48,503 nucleotides of DNA from Maribacter sp. (GCA_049668005.1 JBATIW010000066.1:1-48503), one strand, 5' to 3'. Counted from the stretch's first letter, positions 11,167 to 21,679 are shown. Translations and numbers: made by a program. Notes: generated by a model from the letters alone, not told the origin.

Positions 11167-11453
11167 TCGAATAAATTGATGATTAAAGTTAATAAAAGCA
11201 TATTGCGTTATCTAGAAATCCATTTATATATTTGATTATGAATCAAAAATCTTAGTAGTTTCACGAAAATTACATAAAATCCTGTAAAACAATATGTTGT
11301 ATTTAAAAAAGTAAATTTTCGCAGTAGAAATCGAATCCCCTTTTATAGAAATAAAAGCTAAAGGACAAGGAAAACTACATAGTTTGTGATACATTTATAA
11401 GGGCTGTAAAGAACTTTTTATGCTGCAAATCGGCCCAGCTAAAAAAATGGCAC

Positions 11454-12938
11454 ATGTACTATTTAGGATTGGATATTGGTAGTTCTTCAATAAAGGCGGC
11501 TTTGGTCGAAATCTCAACGGGTAAAAGCATTGGGGTGGTTCAAGAACCAGAGACCGAGATGGGCATGTTGGCTTTGAAAAATGGTTGGGCAGAACAGCAA
11601 CCTGACGATTGGTGGAAACATGTGTGCGCTGCTATTTTGAAATTAAAGTCAAAATTTAAGATCTCAAAAACCCAGATTCAAGGAATAGGTATTTCATACC
11701 AAATGCATGGGCTTGTTTTAGTCGATAAAGAAGGAAAGCCGTTAAGAAAGTCCATAATTTGGTGTGATAGCAGAGCGGTGGAAATAGGGAACAGGGCTTT
11801 CTCGGATTTGGGAGAAGCCAAATGCAATGCCCATCTTCTGAATTCACCGGCCAATTTTACGGCATCCAAATTAAAATGGGTCAAGGACAATGAACCTGAG
11901 CTATTTGAAAGAGCTTATAAATTCATGCTTCCAGGCGATTATATAGCCTTTAAGTTTTCCAATGTAATGAACACGACAATTTCAGGGTTGTCTGAAGGGA
12001 TTTTTTGGGATTTCAAAAAAGATGCTATTGCGCATTTTCTATTGGAACATTACGGTATTGACCAAGAAATGGTTCCGAATATAGTGGAAACATTCGGGCT
12101 GCAATCAAAGGTAGGTGATAAAGGGGAGTTAGAGAGTGGCCTTTCCGCAGGAACCCCCCTTTTGTATAGGGCAGGTGATCAACCCAATAATGCATTGTCA
12201 CTGAATGTTTTTAATCCTGGGGAAGTGGCAGGGACAGGGGGTACTTCTGGAGTAGTTTATGCCATTACCGAAAGCCTTTCAGTCAAGGAAAGTTCCCGTG
12301 TTAACAATTTCGCCCACGTGAATTATCAAAAGGGAGGGGCTGCAAGAATAGGGAAGTTACTTTGTATAAATGGAGCCGGGATTCAGTACAGATGGTTGTT
12401 GAACAACTTGGCGGTGGGGTCCTATGAAGAAATGAACGCTTTGGCATCTGAAATACCAATTGGTTCAGGCGGTGTATGTATGCTTCCGTTTGGCAATGGT
12501 GCTGAGCGTATGTTGAATAATAAGGAGGTTGGTGCTAGAATATTGAATATCAATCTAAATAACCACAACAAATCGCATCTATGTAGGGCAGCTCTCGAGG
12601 GCATCGCTTTTTCTTTTGTATACGGTATGGAAATACTTAAATCCGATGGCATTAAAATCAATGTTATGCGTGTTGGCAATGATAATTTATTCCGATCATC
12701 GATTTTTGCCAATACCATAGCGACCTTAATGAAAACCGAAATAGAATTATATAATACTACCGGAGCCATTGGCGCGGCTAGAGCGGCCGGCTTGTACAAT
12801 GGGGATTTTGAAAAATTTGGCTCATACATCATGGAGAATGACTACGTAATGACATTTAAACCTGCTATAGGAAAGGAATCTTACCTAAAGGCATATGAAA
12901 ATTGGAAACAAGAATTGGAAGGTATAACGAATAACTAA
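11454..12938 (+). CDS. xylB: Xylulokinase (FGGY family)
   Basis: LGLDIGSSS, YQMHG, IIWCDSRA and RAGDQPNNA; directly upstream of xylA. Confidence 0.92.
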   Translation: MYYLGLDIGSSSIKAALVEISTGKSIGVVQEPETEMGMLALKNGWAEQQPDDWWKHVCAAILKLKSKFKISKTQIQGIGISYQMHGLVLVDKEGKPLRKSIIWCDSRAVEIGNRAFSDLGEAKCNAHLLNSPANFTASKLKWVKDNEPELFERAYKFMLPGDYIAFKFSNVMNTTISGLSEGIFWDFKKDAIAHFLLEHYGIDQEMVPNIVETFGLQSKVGDKGELESGLSAGTPLLYRAGDQPNNALSLNVFNPGEVAGTGGTSGVVYAITESLSVKESSRVNNFAHVNYQKGGAARIGKLLCINGAGIQYRWLLNNLAVGSYEEMNALASEIPIGSGGVCMLPFGNGAERMLNNKEVGARILNINLNNHNKSHLCRAALEGIAFSFVYGMEILKSDGIKINVMRVGNDNLFRSSIFANTIATLMKTEIELYNTTGAIGAARAAGLYNGDFEKFGSYIMENDYVMTFKPAIGKESYLKAYENWKQELEGITNN

Positions 12939-12947
12939 TATATAATC

Positions 12948-14273
12948 ATGGCACTAATAGGAGACAAAGAATACTTTAAAGGTATTGGCGAAATAAAATT
13001 TGAAGGAAAGGAATCTGATAATCCATTGGCATTCAAATACTACAATTCGGAACAAGTGGTGGCAGGAAAAACGATGCGTGAACATTTTAAATTCGCGATT
13101 GCATATTGGCATACCTTCTGCGGACAAGGTTCGGATCCTTTTGGCCCAGGTACACAAAATTTTGGATGGGACCAATCTTCAGATCCAGTGAGGGCAGCTA
13201 AGGATAAGGCCGATGCGGCCTTTGAGTTCATTACAAAAATGGGCTTTGATTATTTCTGTTTCCATGATTTTGACCTGATTCAAGAAGGGGTATCCTTTGC
13301 GGAGTCAGAGACTCGATTGGCGACTATCACTAATTACATTAAGGAGAAAAAGGCGGCATCGGGAGTAAAGCTACTTTGGGGAACGGCCAATTGTTTTTCA
13401 AACCCAAGATATATGAACGGGGCAGCAACCAATCCGGATTTTGATGTGGTGGCAAGAGCGGGCGGACAGATAAAATTGGCCTTGGATACTACGATTGCCC
13501 TTGATGGTGAAAATTATGTTTTTTGGGGAGGGCGTGAAGGGTATATGTCGCTATTAAATACTGACATGGGCAGGGAGTTGGACCATATGGGGCAGTTTTT
13601 GGGTATGGCACGTGATTATGCGCGCAGCCAAGGATTCAAAGGTAATTTCTTTATTGAACCCAAGCCTATGGAACCGATGAAACACCAGTACGATTTTGAT
13701 ACTGCAACGGCTATCGGTTTCCTTCGTGAATATGGGTTGGAAAAGGATTTTAAGATCAATATCGAAGTGAATCACGCCACCTTGGCACAGCATACTTTTC
13801 AGCATGAAATGGCTGTTGCCGCTAAAGCGGGAATGTTAGGTAGCTTGGATGCGAATCGTGGGGACTATCAAAATGGATGGGATACGGATCAGTTTCCCAG
13901 CAACATCCAGGAAACCACAGAAGCCATGTTGGTATTCCTAAAAGCAGGAGGCCTACAAGGTGGGGGCATTAATTTTGATGCCAAGATTAGAAGGAACTCC
14001 ACGGATTTGGATGACGTTTTCCATGCACATATAGGCGGTGCAGATACGTTTGCGCGTGCTTTGCTGACTGCGGACAAGATCATTTCCTCCTCTGCCTATG
14101 ACAAGCTTCGTCAGAATAGATATAGCTCATTTGATTCTGGAAAAGGGAAGGATTTTGAAAACGGAAAATTGAGTTTGGAAGATTTATACGATTTGGCACA
14201 TGGGAATGGTGAATTGGAATTAACGAGTGGTAAACAGGAAATGTTTGAGAATATTATCAACCAATATATTTAG
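12948..14273 (+). CDS. xylA: Xylose isomerase (class II)
   Basis: [39 protein letters not shown] and NFDAK. Confidence 0.98.
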   Translation: MALIGDKEYFKGIGEIKFEGKESDNPLAFKYYNSEQVVAGKTMREHFKFAIAYWHTFCGQGSDPFGPGTQNFGWDQSSDPVRAAKDKADAAFEFITKMGFDYFCFHDFDLIQEGVSFAESETRLATITNYIKEKKAASGVKLLWGTANCFSNPRYMNGAATNPDFDVVARAGGQIKLALDTTIALDGENYVFWGGREGYMSLLNTDMGRELDHMGQFLGMARDYARSQGFKGNFFIEPKPMEPMKHQYDFDTATAIGFLREYGLEKDFKINIEVNHATLAQHTFQHEMAVAAKAGMLGSLDANRGDYQNGWDTDQFPSNIQETTEAMLVFLKAGGLQGGGINFDAKIRRNSTDLDDVFHAHIGGADTFARALLTADKIISSSAYDKLRQNRYSSFDSGKGKDFENGKLSLEDLYDLAHGNGELELTSGKQEMFENIINQYI

Positions 14274-14291
14274 GAGAAGAAATAAAACGAT

Positions 14292-15353
14292 CTACATTAA
14301 TTTTTCGGACACTACTTTTTGCATATGATCAAGTTCGTTCAAGGCCTTTTGCGCAAAATCAAATAGACTTAGGCAGCGATCAAAATTTTGGTTTTCATAG
14401 GCTACCTTGTAATAAATATTGTTATTTAGATAATCAGTAAGGGCGCGTAACCCATGAATAAAAGGCATAAAAACAGCGCCAATAGCTAGTGTATTTATCT
14501 CCTCTTTAGATAAGAATGGACCATTCGAGGCAATGCCATCTAAAAAAGCATTGAACAATTTGCGTTCAAATGTGATTTTATGTAGGTCCTTTTCATCTTC
14601 AGGGGCCGTGTTCACAATAGTCCTAACAGCATCGCCAAAATCATAATAAAAATGGCCTTTCATAATCGTATCAAGATCAATAAGACAGAGTGCCTTGTTT
14701 GATTCTTTTGAGAAGAGAATGTTGTTGAGTTTGGTATCATTATGACAAATCCTGACAGGCAAACTTGTTTTGTTCAAAACCTTTAGTTTCTCTAAAATAT
14801 CTTCAGCGAAAAGAATTGCATCCTTTGCCATATCCAATTTGGCTGAATCAGCAACTGCCATGGCTGAAATGAACTCTTTTTTTCTAAATTCAAGATTGTG
14901 AAAGTCGGGAGTGGTATCTATATAATCCGCTTTGTGGGCGCCTTCCATAAGCTGATGGAACTTGCCAATAATCCTACCCGCCTCATAGGCGATATTCACA
15001 TCGGATGTTGTATTAAAGGTGATGGTCTTATCAATATAGGACATTAACCTCCAATACCCTTTTTCATTTTCATGATAAGGATTGCCTTCTGTGGTTTTAA
15101 TGAGATCAATTTTTTTATAATTCTCATCGTTCAAGCTTTCAAGAGCCTTGTTAATATTGGCCATGATTCCATCAATATCGCTAAAAACATTGTGGTTGAT
15201 CCGCTGTAGAACATAAACGGGATTCTCACTATCAAGTACCATATAGGTATCATTGATATAGCCATTGCTGATGGTTTCTAGTTCATAGCTTTTACTTTCT
15301 ACACAAAAATGTTGTAGAATAGCGCTAACCGAATCCTTATTTTCGATGTCCAT
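14292..15353 (-). CDS. APH-fold sugar kinase (N-acetylhexosamine 1-kinase/AmgK-like)
   Basis: GYINDTY, VLQRIN, HNDTKLNN, IDLDT and YDFGDAVR. ATG 15353 is preferred. Confidence 0.8.
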   Translation of the reverse strand: MDIENKDSVSAILQHFCVESKSYELETISNGYINDTYMVLDSENPVYVLQRINHNVFSDIDGIMANINKALESLNDENYKKIDLIKTTEGNPYHENEKGYWRLMSYIDKTITFNTTSDVNIAYEAGRIIGKFHQLMEGAHKADYIDTTPDFHNLEFRKKEFISAMAVADSAKLDMAKDAILFAEDILEKLKVLNKTSLPVRICHNDTKLNNILFSKESNKALCLIDLDTIMKGHFYYDFGDAVRTIVNTAPEDEKDLHKITFERKLFNAFLDGIASNGPFLSKEEINTLAIGAVFMPFIHGLRALTDYLNNNIYYKVAYENQNFDRCLSLFDFAQKALNELDHMQKVVSEKLM

Positions 15354-15367
15354 CTGTTTTTGCGGGC

Positions 15368-16255
15368 TTATTTCCACAATGGGGAAGGATATCCGCCATT
15401 ATCCGTGGTTTCCTGTAATTGTGAAACCGCCATTTCCCTATCGCTAGCATAAGTGACCCCGAACCATTTACCCCCAGATGGAACTACTTTAACAACCACC
15501 TCGTTACGTTGAACCATTTCCTGAATTACAAACGGAATATAAATCTCACCCTTTTCAAGATTTTCTCCTTTTTGAAGGAATGTCCTTAAATCTTGTTCAA
15601 TAGCCTTAAAAATGGAAGGCCGGCAAATCCAATAGTTCATACTAACCAATTCATCGCCAGTAAATTTGGCGCCGGATTCAAGATCCATTACAGCATTTCC
15701 CTTTTGTTCTAGTTGGGTACGTTCAACAACGGATAGTAGCGTATTTTTTTCATCGGCTTCACAGACCCCTCTGGAAACTGACCCATGATCGGAAAGTGTA
15801 TCCTTTAAGGTGTATCCAACAAGTCCGTATGCGTCTTTATATTCCTTATTTTTTATGAACTTGGCAGCATTTATGAATGCACCTTTACCATAATAATCAT
15901 CTGCATTAAGTACTACAAAAGGATTGTTGATTAAATTTCGCGCCGTCCATACGGCATGTGCGGTACCCCATGGTTTTTGACGCTCGCCAGTATAGCTGCA
16001 ACCTTCTGGAATATCCATTAATTCTTGTGCAATGACGTCCAGTTTAATTTTTTTAGGCAATCTTGCCGCTAAGTGATCTCTTAAAAAGGCAACATTATCT
16101 TTCTTTGTAATAGCAACAACATGGACAAATTCATTTTCCAAGGCGTCAAAAATGCTGAATTCCATTAAGAATTCCCCGTTTGGGCCTAAACCATCAAACT
16201 GTTTTAACTTTCCATATCGACTTCCGCTTCCAGCGGCCATTAATAGTAATGTCAT
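15368..16255 (-). CDS. Sugar-phosphate nucleotidyltransferase family protein
   Basis: LMAAGSGSRYG.LKQ, KPWGTAHA, NADDYYG and WFGVTY. Confidence 0.88.
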   Translation of the reverse strand: MTLLLMAAGSGSRYGKLKQFDGLGPNGEFLMEFSIFDALENEFVHVVAITKKDNVAFLRDHLAARLPKKIKLDVIAQELMDIPEGCSYTGERQKPWGTAHAVWTARNLINNPFVVLNADDYYGKGAFINAAKFIKNKEYKDAYGLVGYTLKDTLSDHGSVSRGVCEADEKNTLLSVVERTQLEQKGNAVMDLESGAKFTGDELVSMNYWICRPSIFKAIEQDLRTFLQKGENLEKGEIYIPFVIQEMVQRNEVVVKVVPSGGKWFGVTYASDREMAVSQLQETTDNGGYPSPLWK

Positions 16256-16428
16256 GGGTTTTGTTTTTTAATGGGACAAAAATAAGTCATTTAACCCAAA
16301 ATTGCTGACAAAGTTTTGTGTACATCCCAGTCTATATATTTGAATGAAGTAAATTTTTTGAATTGGATTATGATCTTGTTTTTTCAATTTTTGGAGAGGG
16401 CTATTACGCTAGGCTCGCGAGTTTAACC

Positions 16429-16471
16429 TGACAATTGTCATATAATACAAGGACTAACAATTGTATGTTTG
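16429..16471 (+). promoter_or_regulatory. hemN promoter: TGACAATTGTCA box plus -7 element TATGTTTG
   Basis: Perfect 12-bp palindrome at 16429-16440 and a TAnnTTTG match at 16464-16471, separated by 23 bp. Confidence 0.75.
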
Positions 16472-16490
16472 TACCATACAAAGTATGCCC

Positions 16491-17852
16491 ATGAGTAACC
16501 TAGTGCAGAAATATAATATTCCGGGACCTAGATATACTAGTTATCCAACGGTGCCCTATTGGAATATGGAGACATTCTCTGGGCAGCAATGGCAAAACTC
16601 GCTTAAGCGAAGTTTTGATGAGAGCAATGAAAGAGAGGGTATTAGTCTTTACATACATTTGCCATATTGTGAAAGCATGTGTACATTTTGTGGTTGTCAT
16701 AAGCGAATAACCAAGCAGCACAATGTTGAAACACCATATATAAATTCCGTTTTAAAGGAATGGAAATTGTATTGCAATCTTTTTGAATCAAAACCGATCA
16801 TTAAAGAAATGCACTTAGGTGGTGGTACCCCTACATTTTTCTCTCCAGAAAACCTGAAAACCTTGATTAACGGAATTTTTATGTCCGCTGAAAAAGCAAA
16901 GGATTATGAATTCAGTTTTGAAGGCCATCCAAACAATACTACCAAGGAGCATTTACAGGCCTTGTATGATGTTGGCTTCAGAAGGGTAAGCTATGGCGTC
17001 CAGGATTATAATGATAAAGTGCAAAAAGCCATTCATAGGGTTCAGCCTTTTGAAAATGTAAAAAAGGTAACCGAAATTGCGCGAGAGATCGGCTATACCT
17101 CGATTGGACATGACATTATCTTTGGTCTACCGCATCAAACCCTGGAGCACGTAGAGGAGACAATCCTGAAGACCAAGGCGTTAATGCCAGATAGGTTGGC
17201 ATTTTATAGTTACGCCCATGTACCGTGGTTAAGGGGCAATGGCCAAAGAGGTTTCAAAGATGAGGATTTACCTGCTGCCGAGGAAAAGAGAATACAATAC
17301 GAAAAAGGAAAGGTGCTCCTGACCAAAGTAGGCTATGAAGAAATAGGCATGGATCACTTTGCTTTGAAAAGTGATAGTTTGTACCAATCAATGATTTCTG
17401 GGAAATTGCATCGTAATTTTATGGGTTACACGGCTTCTAAGACCCAGTTAATGGTCGGATTGGGCGCTTCAAGTATCAGTGATAGTTGGTACAGTTTCGC
17501 TCAAAATGTCAAAAGCCTTGAAGAGTACAAGCATTTAGTCGACAATAAGATAATTCCCATTTACAGAGGGCATATTTTGACTGAGGAAGATCAAAAGATA
17601 AGGAAGCATATCTTGAATTTGATGTGCCGTTTTACAACTTCTTGGAAGAATGAAGGAGATTATTTCCCTGAATTACCAATGGTAAAGGACAAACTTCAAG
17701 AAATGGAACGGGACGGAATAGTGGAGTTTGGAATAGATGATTTGAAGGTCACGGAGAAAGGCCAGCCATTTATTCGTAATATTTGTATGGCTTTTGACGT
17801 TCTACTACATAGAAAAGAACCAGAAACACGGTTATTTTCGATGACAATTTAA
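16491..17852 (+). CDS. hemN: Oxygen-independent coproporphyrinogen III oxidase (radical SAM)
   Basis: GPRYTSYP, CESMCTFCGC, GGGTP, IGMDHFA and LHRNFMGY. Start is ATG 16491 or 16485; the TTG at 16461 abuts the -7 box and lies upstream of the predicted transcript start. Confidence 0.96.
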   Translation: MSNLVQKYNIPGPRYTSYPTVPYWNMETFSGQQWQNSLKRSFDESNEREGISLYIHLPYCESMCTFCGCHKRITKQHNVETPYINSVLKEWKLYCNLFESKPIIKEMHLGGGTPTFFSPENLKTLINGIFMSAEKAKDYEFSFEGHPNNTTKEHLQALYDVGFRRVSYGVQDYNDKVQKAIHRVQPFENVKKVTEIAREIGYTSIGHDIIFGLPHQTLEHVEETILKTKALMPDRLAFYSYAHVPWLRGNGQRGFKDEDLPAAEEKRIQYEKGKVLLTKVGYEEIGMDHFALKSDSLYQSMISGKLHRNFMGYTASKTQLMVGLGASSISDSWYSFAQNVKSLEEYKHLVDNKIIPIYRGHILTEEDQKIRKHILNLMCRFTTSWKNEGDYFPELPMVKDKLQEMERDGIVEFGIDDLKVTEKGQPFIRNICMAFDVLLHRKEPETRLFSMTI

Positions 17853-17878
17853 TTTTATTAATCTCTAAAACTTAGATC

Positions 17879-18700
17879 ATGAAAAAAATAGTTGTACCCA
17901 TAGATTTCTCGGAACAATCGGATTATGCTTTAAAAGTAGCCGCTTCTTTGGCTAAAAAACACGGTGCCGAAATTTTGGCCCTTCATATGTTGGAATTAAA
18001 CCAGGCATTGGTAACCTCCTCAGAAGGGTTTCATCCTGAACAGACTGTTTTTTTGATTAAGTTGGCAGAAAAAAGGTTTAATAAGTTTTTGAACAAACCG
18101 TATCTAAAAGGGATTAAAATTACACCTGTAGTAAAACACTTCAAAGTATTCAGTGAGGTTAATGATGTGGCCAAAAAGAATGATGCCGATATGATCGTCA
18201 TGGGATCTCATGGCACTGATGGTCTAAAAGAGATTTTTGTAGGGTCAAATGCGGAACGAGTAGTCCGTAATGCGGATATTCCAGTACTCATTATAAAGAA
18301 AGAACATACAGACTTTAAAGTGGGCAAATTCTTATTTGCTTGTGGTTTTAAGGATGAAAGTTTAGTACCCTTTCAAAAAGCAAAGGACTTTGCAAAATTA
18401 CTTTCTGCAGATTTGAAGTTGGTTTATATCAATACTCCGGGAGATGATTTTCTTAGTACCGAAGATGCCTATACGAGAATATCACAGTTCTTGGAAAAGG
18501 CAGGCGTAAGTTTTGAAGTGGAGATTTATAATGATTACAATATTGAAAATGGTATACTTAATTATGGTGAGAAAATCAATACCGATATCATAGGTATTCC
18601 TACCCATGGTAGAAAAGGTTTGTCCCACTTCTTTATGGGTAGTATAGGAGAGGATATTGCAAACCATTCAAACGTGCCCGTGGTTACATTCAAGATTTAG
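17879..18700 (+). CDS. Tandem-domain universal stress protein
   Basis: IVVPIDFS, IVMGSHG...GSNAERVV and a second domain with THGRKG...GSI. Confidence 0.92.
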   Translation: MKKIVVPIDFSEQSDYALKVAASLAKKHGAEILALHMLELNQALVTSSEGFHPEQTVFLIKLAEKRFNKFLNKPYLKGIKITPVVKHFKVFSEVNDVAKKNDADMIVMGSHGTDGLKEIFVGSNAERVVRNADIPVLIIKKEHTDFKVGKFLFACGFKDESLVPFQKAKDFAKLLSADLKLVYINTPGDDFLSTEDAYTRISQFLEKAGVSFEVEIYNDYNIENGILNYGEKINTDIIGIPTHGRKGLSHFFMGSIGEDIANHSNVPVVTFKI

Positions 18701-18735
18701 TTGTCGATTATTTATGTTAAATTGATGTTTAAGGA

Positions 18736-18764
18736 GGGAAGCCAGATTTGGCTTCCCTTTTTTT
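18736..18764 (+). terminator. Intrinsic terminator after hemN-usp
   Basis: GGGAAGCCA-GATT-TGGCTTCCC followed by T7, between convergent genes. Confidence 0.85.
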
Positions 18765-18767
18765 CTT

Positions 18768-19649
18768 TTATTCGGGCTTTTTTGGGAGCATAGGAAATAA
18801 GCTACGTAGCTCTTCGGTTGTTGGCTGGGAGCCATATTCGCATATTTCAAATATTTCGGCATGTTTGGTCATTGATGCTTTTTCTTCACCGTACCATTTC
18901 TCCAAACATGTAATTGTTTTTTTATCTAGAGGTTTATGACGCCATTCAGCAAGCATTTCCAAACGGCCTTTCTCGTCTTTGGGTACATTGTCCAAATTAC
19001 CTGAAAGCCAAGGAAGCCATTCAAAGAACTGTGATTGATGCGCCGACATGGCATAGATTTTTTGATCAAAAACAGCATCAATGTTTATCGCAATATCCGG
19101 TTCAAGCGAATTTGGCTTTTGAAATTTGTCTTCGGTATATAAAAAAACAGGATTTTTTTGAAGCGCAGGAACTTCCGGGGCTATATTAGGAACGATGACC
19201 ATAAATGCAGCGTCTTGAACTAGAATTCCGGTATATCTATGGTCAGGGTGATAATCATTTGGTCTGGGGGCGATGACTATATCAGCATTCCATTTTCTGA
19301 TTTCACGAATAATCTTTAATCGATTTGCCAAGGTGGGCATTAATTCGCCATCGTGGTTATCAAGGACAACATATTCGACCCCAAATCTTTTGCCAGCCTC
19401 TTTTGCCTCGGCAATCCTGACCTTGGCAAGCTCACCACCTCCCATGGCATAATGACCTGCGTCACCATTGGTAAGTGAAACAAATTTTACATGATGTCCC
19501 ATTTTTGAAAATAGGATAGCAGTGCCCCCCGCGTCAATATCGCAGTCATCAGGATGTGCTCCTATAACTACTATGTTAAGGGGTTGCGTCTGGGAATAGT
19601 TCAATAAGGGCAGAAGTAGAAGGCAAAGGAATAAGGTGGTTCTTTTCAT
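18768..19649 (-). CDS. PIG-L/LmbE family deacetylase, secreted
   Basis: Signal peptide, GAHPDD, TNGDAG, YHPDH and HQSQ. Confidence 0.9.
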   Translation of the reverse strand: MKRTTLFLCLLLLPLLNYSQTQPLNIVVIGAHPDDCDIDAGGTAILFSKMGHHVKFVSLTNGDAGHYAMGGGELAKVRIAEAKEAGKRFGVEYVVLDNHDGELMPTLANRLKIIREIRKWNADIVIAPRPNDYHPDHRYTGILVQDAAFMVIVPNIAPEVPALQKNPVFLYTEDKFQKPNSLEPDIAINIDAVFDQKIYAMSAHQSQFFEWLPWLSGNLDNVPKDEKGRLEMLAEWRHKPLDKKTITCLEKWYGEEKASMTKHAEIFEICEYGSQPTTEELRSLFPMLPKKPE

Positions 19650-19658
19650 AATTCGGGA

Positions 19659-21050
19659 TTATAATAATTTCATGGCATCGGGATTCCAACTTACAGGTTT
19701 GTTTTGATAGTAGCTTTCATTGGCCAACAACGCAGCCCCAGCTGCCCTCAACCCAAAGGTTGGACTCTGGATTACAGGATTTTTAGTTCGTATACTTTGG
19801 AAAAAATTGTAAAAATGATCGTAATGGCCACCTTTATAATCTCTTGGGGCTTCCCAAGTTGTTTCGCCAACATTGAGGCTCGATGCCCTGGTTTCTAGAT
19901 TTTGTGAGGCATAAGCCTGCCTTATTTTTGCTTGGGTAGCCTCAGTATAGGCAATCATTGAATAGTCCCCGGGTATCATACCCAGTTTTGAGCGTACCAA
20001 TTTTACTGAATTCTGGCCGACTTCCAATTCACCTTCTGTACCTATTAATTTAAAGCCACCGCCACCGCCACTGCCGGCAATAAAATTTATACGGAATGCT
20101 GCGTTGAACGCGGCATGGGTATCGGTCTTGGGATAATCGTAAAGTGTTATACTTACATCGGGCACATCGCGGCCATCTTTCCAGTATCGCAGTCCGCCTG
20201 TTGCCAATGCCCTATTTGGACCATTTGAACTTATGACGTGGTTGAGGGTAGAAAAGGCATGTACGAAAAGGTCACCTGCAACACCAGTGCCGTAATCTTG
20301 ATAATTCCTCCACCTGAAAAACCGTTTTAATTCGTAAGGTGTTTTCGGCGCATTTCCCAAAAAGGTATCAAAATCGACGGTTTCAGGAGTTGCATCCGGG
20401 GGTATTGGATATTGCCAAGCTCCTTCTGCAGAATAACGATCGTTATAAAAATCGAGCATTACGATGTCACCAATGGCACCATCTTCATATAATTGTTTTG
20501 CTTTTTCATTTCCAAGGGAAGACATGCCCTGACTTCCAACTTGACAAATTTCCCCTGTTGATTTTTGTACTGAGATGATCTCTTGACCATCTTCCCATTT
20601 TTGTACCATTGGTTTTTCACAATAGACTGCTTTGCCCGCCTTCATTGCATCAATCGTAATTTTCTTGTGCCAATGGTCTGGTGTTGCCACAATAACGGCA
20701 TCGATATCTTTTCGATCTAATAACTCTCGATAATCCTTAGTAACGGCTATATGATTTCCCCAAAGTTCCTTTGCACGATCTAATCTGCCTGAATATAGGT
20801 CGCAAGCGGCAACCAAGGTAACCCCATCAACTTTCAAGGCAGCAGTTGTATCATAGATGCCCTGTATTCCTGACCCGATCAACCCGAGGTTTATTTGATC
20901 ATTATGAGAAAAATTTGTATTGGAATAAGCTCTCGATAACATTATTTTTTGCTGGTAAGATGAAGCAAATACGAAGGGTGCCGATGTTATTGCAGCGGAT
21001 CCCAATGTTGCTTTTTTTAGAAATGACCTTCTGGTTTTGCCCTTATCCAT
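19659..21050 (-). CDS. Tat-exported Gfo/Idh/MocA oxidoreductase
   Basis: TRRSFLK twin-arginine signal, IGSG.QG, VATPDHWH, YCEKP and GDLFVH. Confidence 0.9.
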   Translation of the reverse strand: MDKGKTRRSFLKKATLGSAAITSAPFVFASSYQQKIMLSRAYSNTNFSHNDQINLGLIGSGIQGIYDTTAALKVDGVTLVAACDLYSGRLDRAKELWGNHIAVTKDYRELLDRKDIDAVIVATPDHWHKKITIDAMKAGKAVYCEKPMVQKWEDGQEIISVQKSTGEICQVGSQGMSSLGNEKAKQLYEDGAIGDIVMLDFYNDRYSAEGAWQYPIPPDATPETVDFDTFLGNAPKTPYELKRFFRWRNYQDYGTGVAGDLFVHAFSTLNHVISSNGPNRALATGGLRYWKDGRDVPDVSITLYDYPKTDTHAAFNAAFRINFIAGSGGGGGFKLIGTEGELEVGQNSVKLVRSKLGMIPGDYSMIAYTEATQAKIRQAYASQNLETRASSLNVGETTWEAPRDYKGGHYDHFYNFFQSIRTKNPVIQSPTFGLRAAGAALLANESYYQNKPVSWNPDAMKLL

Positions 21051-21124
21051 AGTATGGTTTTCTTAGTTGGTGAATATCTAAGAGAAAGTTACACTTTTTA
21101 CAGAACGGGAGCAAGGGATTTTGC

Positions 21125-21556
21125 TTACAAAGGCAAGAATGATTTCCCCGATTTTACATCTTTCGCCATATCCCCAATGGTGTTATTTTCAAGATTTTTA
21201 ATTAAATCTGTCCTGAATGGGCCAGCGAATCTATGAAGTGGACAGGGTTTTTTGTTATCACAATTATGAAGGCTCAAAAGGCAGGAGTTCAACCTGTTAT
21301 CGCCATCAATGACGCTGACAATATCGATCAATGGGGTTTCCCTATTTTGAGCGTTTATATAAAATCCACCGTTAGGACCGCGTGTAGAAGAAACAATATT
21401 ATGCCTGGAAAGCTCTTGTAATAATTTGGCAATATAAGCCTGAGGAACATTAATGGGTTCACTAATATTTTTCACCATTATTTTTCTTGATTCGTCTGAA
21501 TTTACGGCAAGATAAAGAACTGCTTTAAGGGCGTACTTAGAGGAATTTGATAACAT
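21125..21556 (-). CDS. Rrf2 family transcriptional regulator with a three-Cys (Fe-S) motif
   Basis: S.RGPNGGFY wing and C-x6-C-x5-CPLH; divergent from the nos cluster. Confidence 0.92.
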   Translation of the reverse strand: MLSNSSKYALKAVLYLAVNSDESRKIMVKNISEPINVPQAYIAKLLQELSRHNIVSSTRGPNGGFYINAQNRETPLIDIVSVIDGDNRLNSCLLSLHNCDNKKPCPLHRFAGPFRTDLIKNLENNTIGDMAKDVKSGKSFLPL

Positions 21557-21579
21557 TCAATGCTATTTTATTACTGGTA

Positions 21580-21604
21580 CAAATATAAAAGGACAAATAT
21601 GTCC
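21580..21604 (-). promoter_or_regulatory. rrf2 promoter -7 element (TATATTTG) with an adjacent GGACA-N4-TGTCC inverted repeat
   Basis: CAAATATA at 21580-21587 on the + strand and GGACAAATATGTCC at 21591-21604. Confidence 0.6.
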
Positions 21605-21605
21605 G

Positions 21606-21653
21606 AAATATGACTTTTATCATATTTTAATGATTCTACCACTCATATTTTTG
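21606..21653 (+). promoter_or_regulatory. nos cluster promoter: TGACTTTTATCA box plus -7 element TATTTTTG
   Basis: AAATATGA-N6-TCATATTT at 21606-21627 (core 21611-21622) and TAnnTTTG at 21646-21653, 23 bp after the core. Confidence 0.75.
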
Positions 21654-21679
21654 CCCTATAATTTAATAACTATATAATA

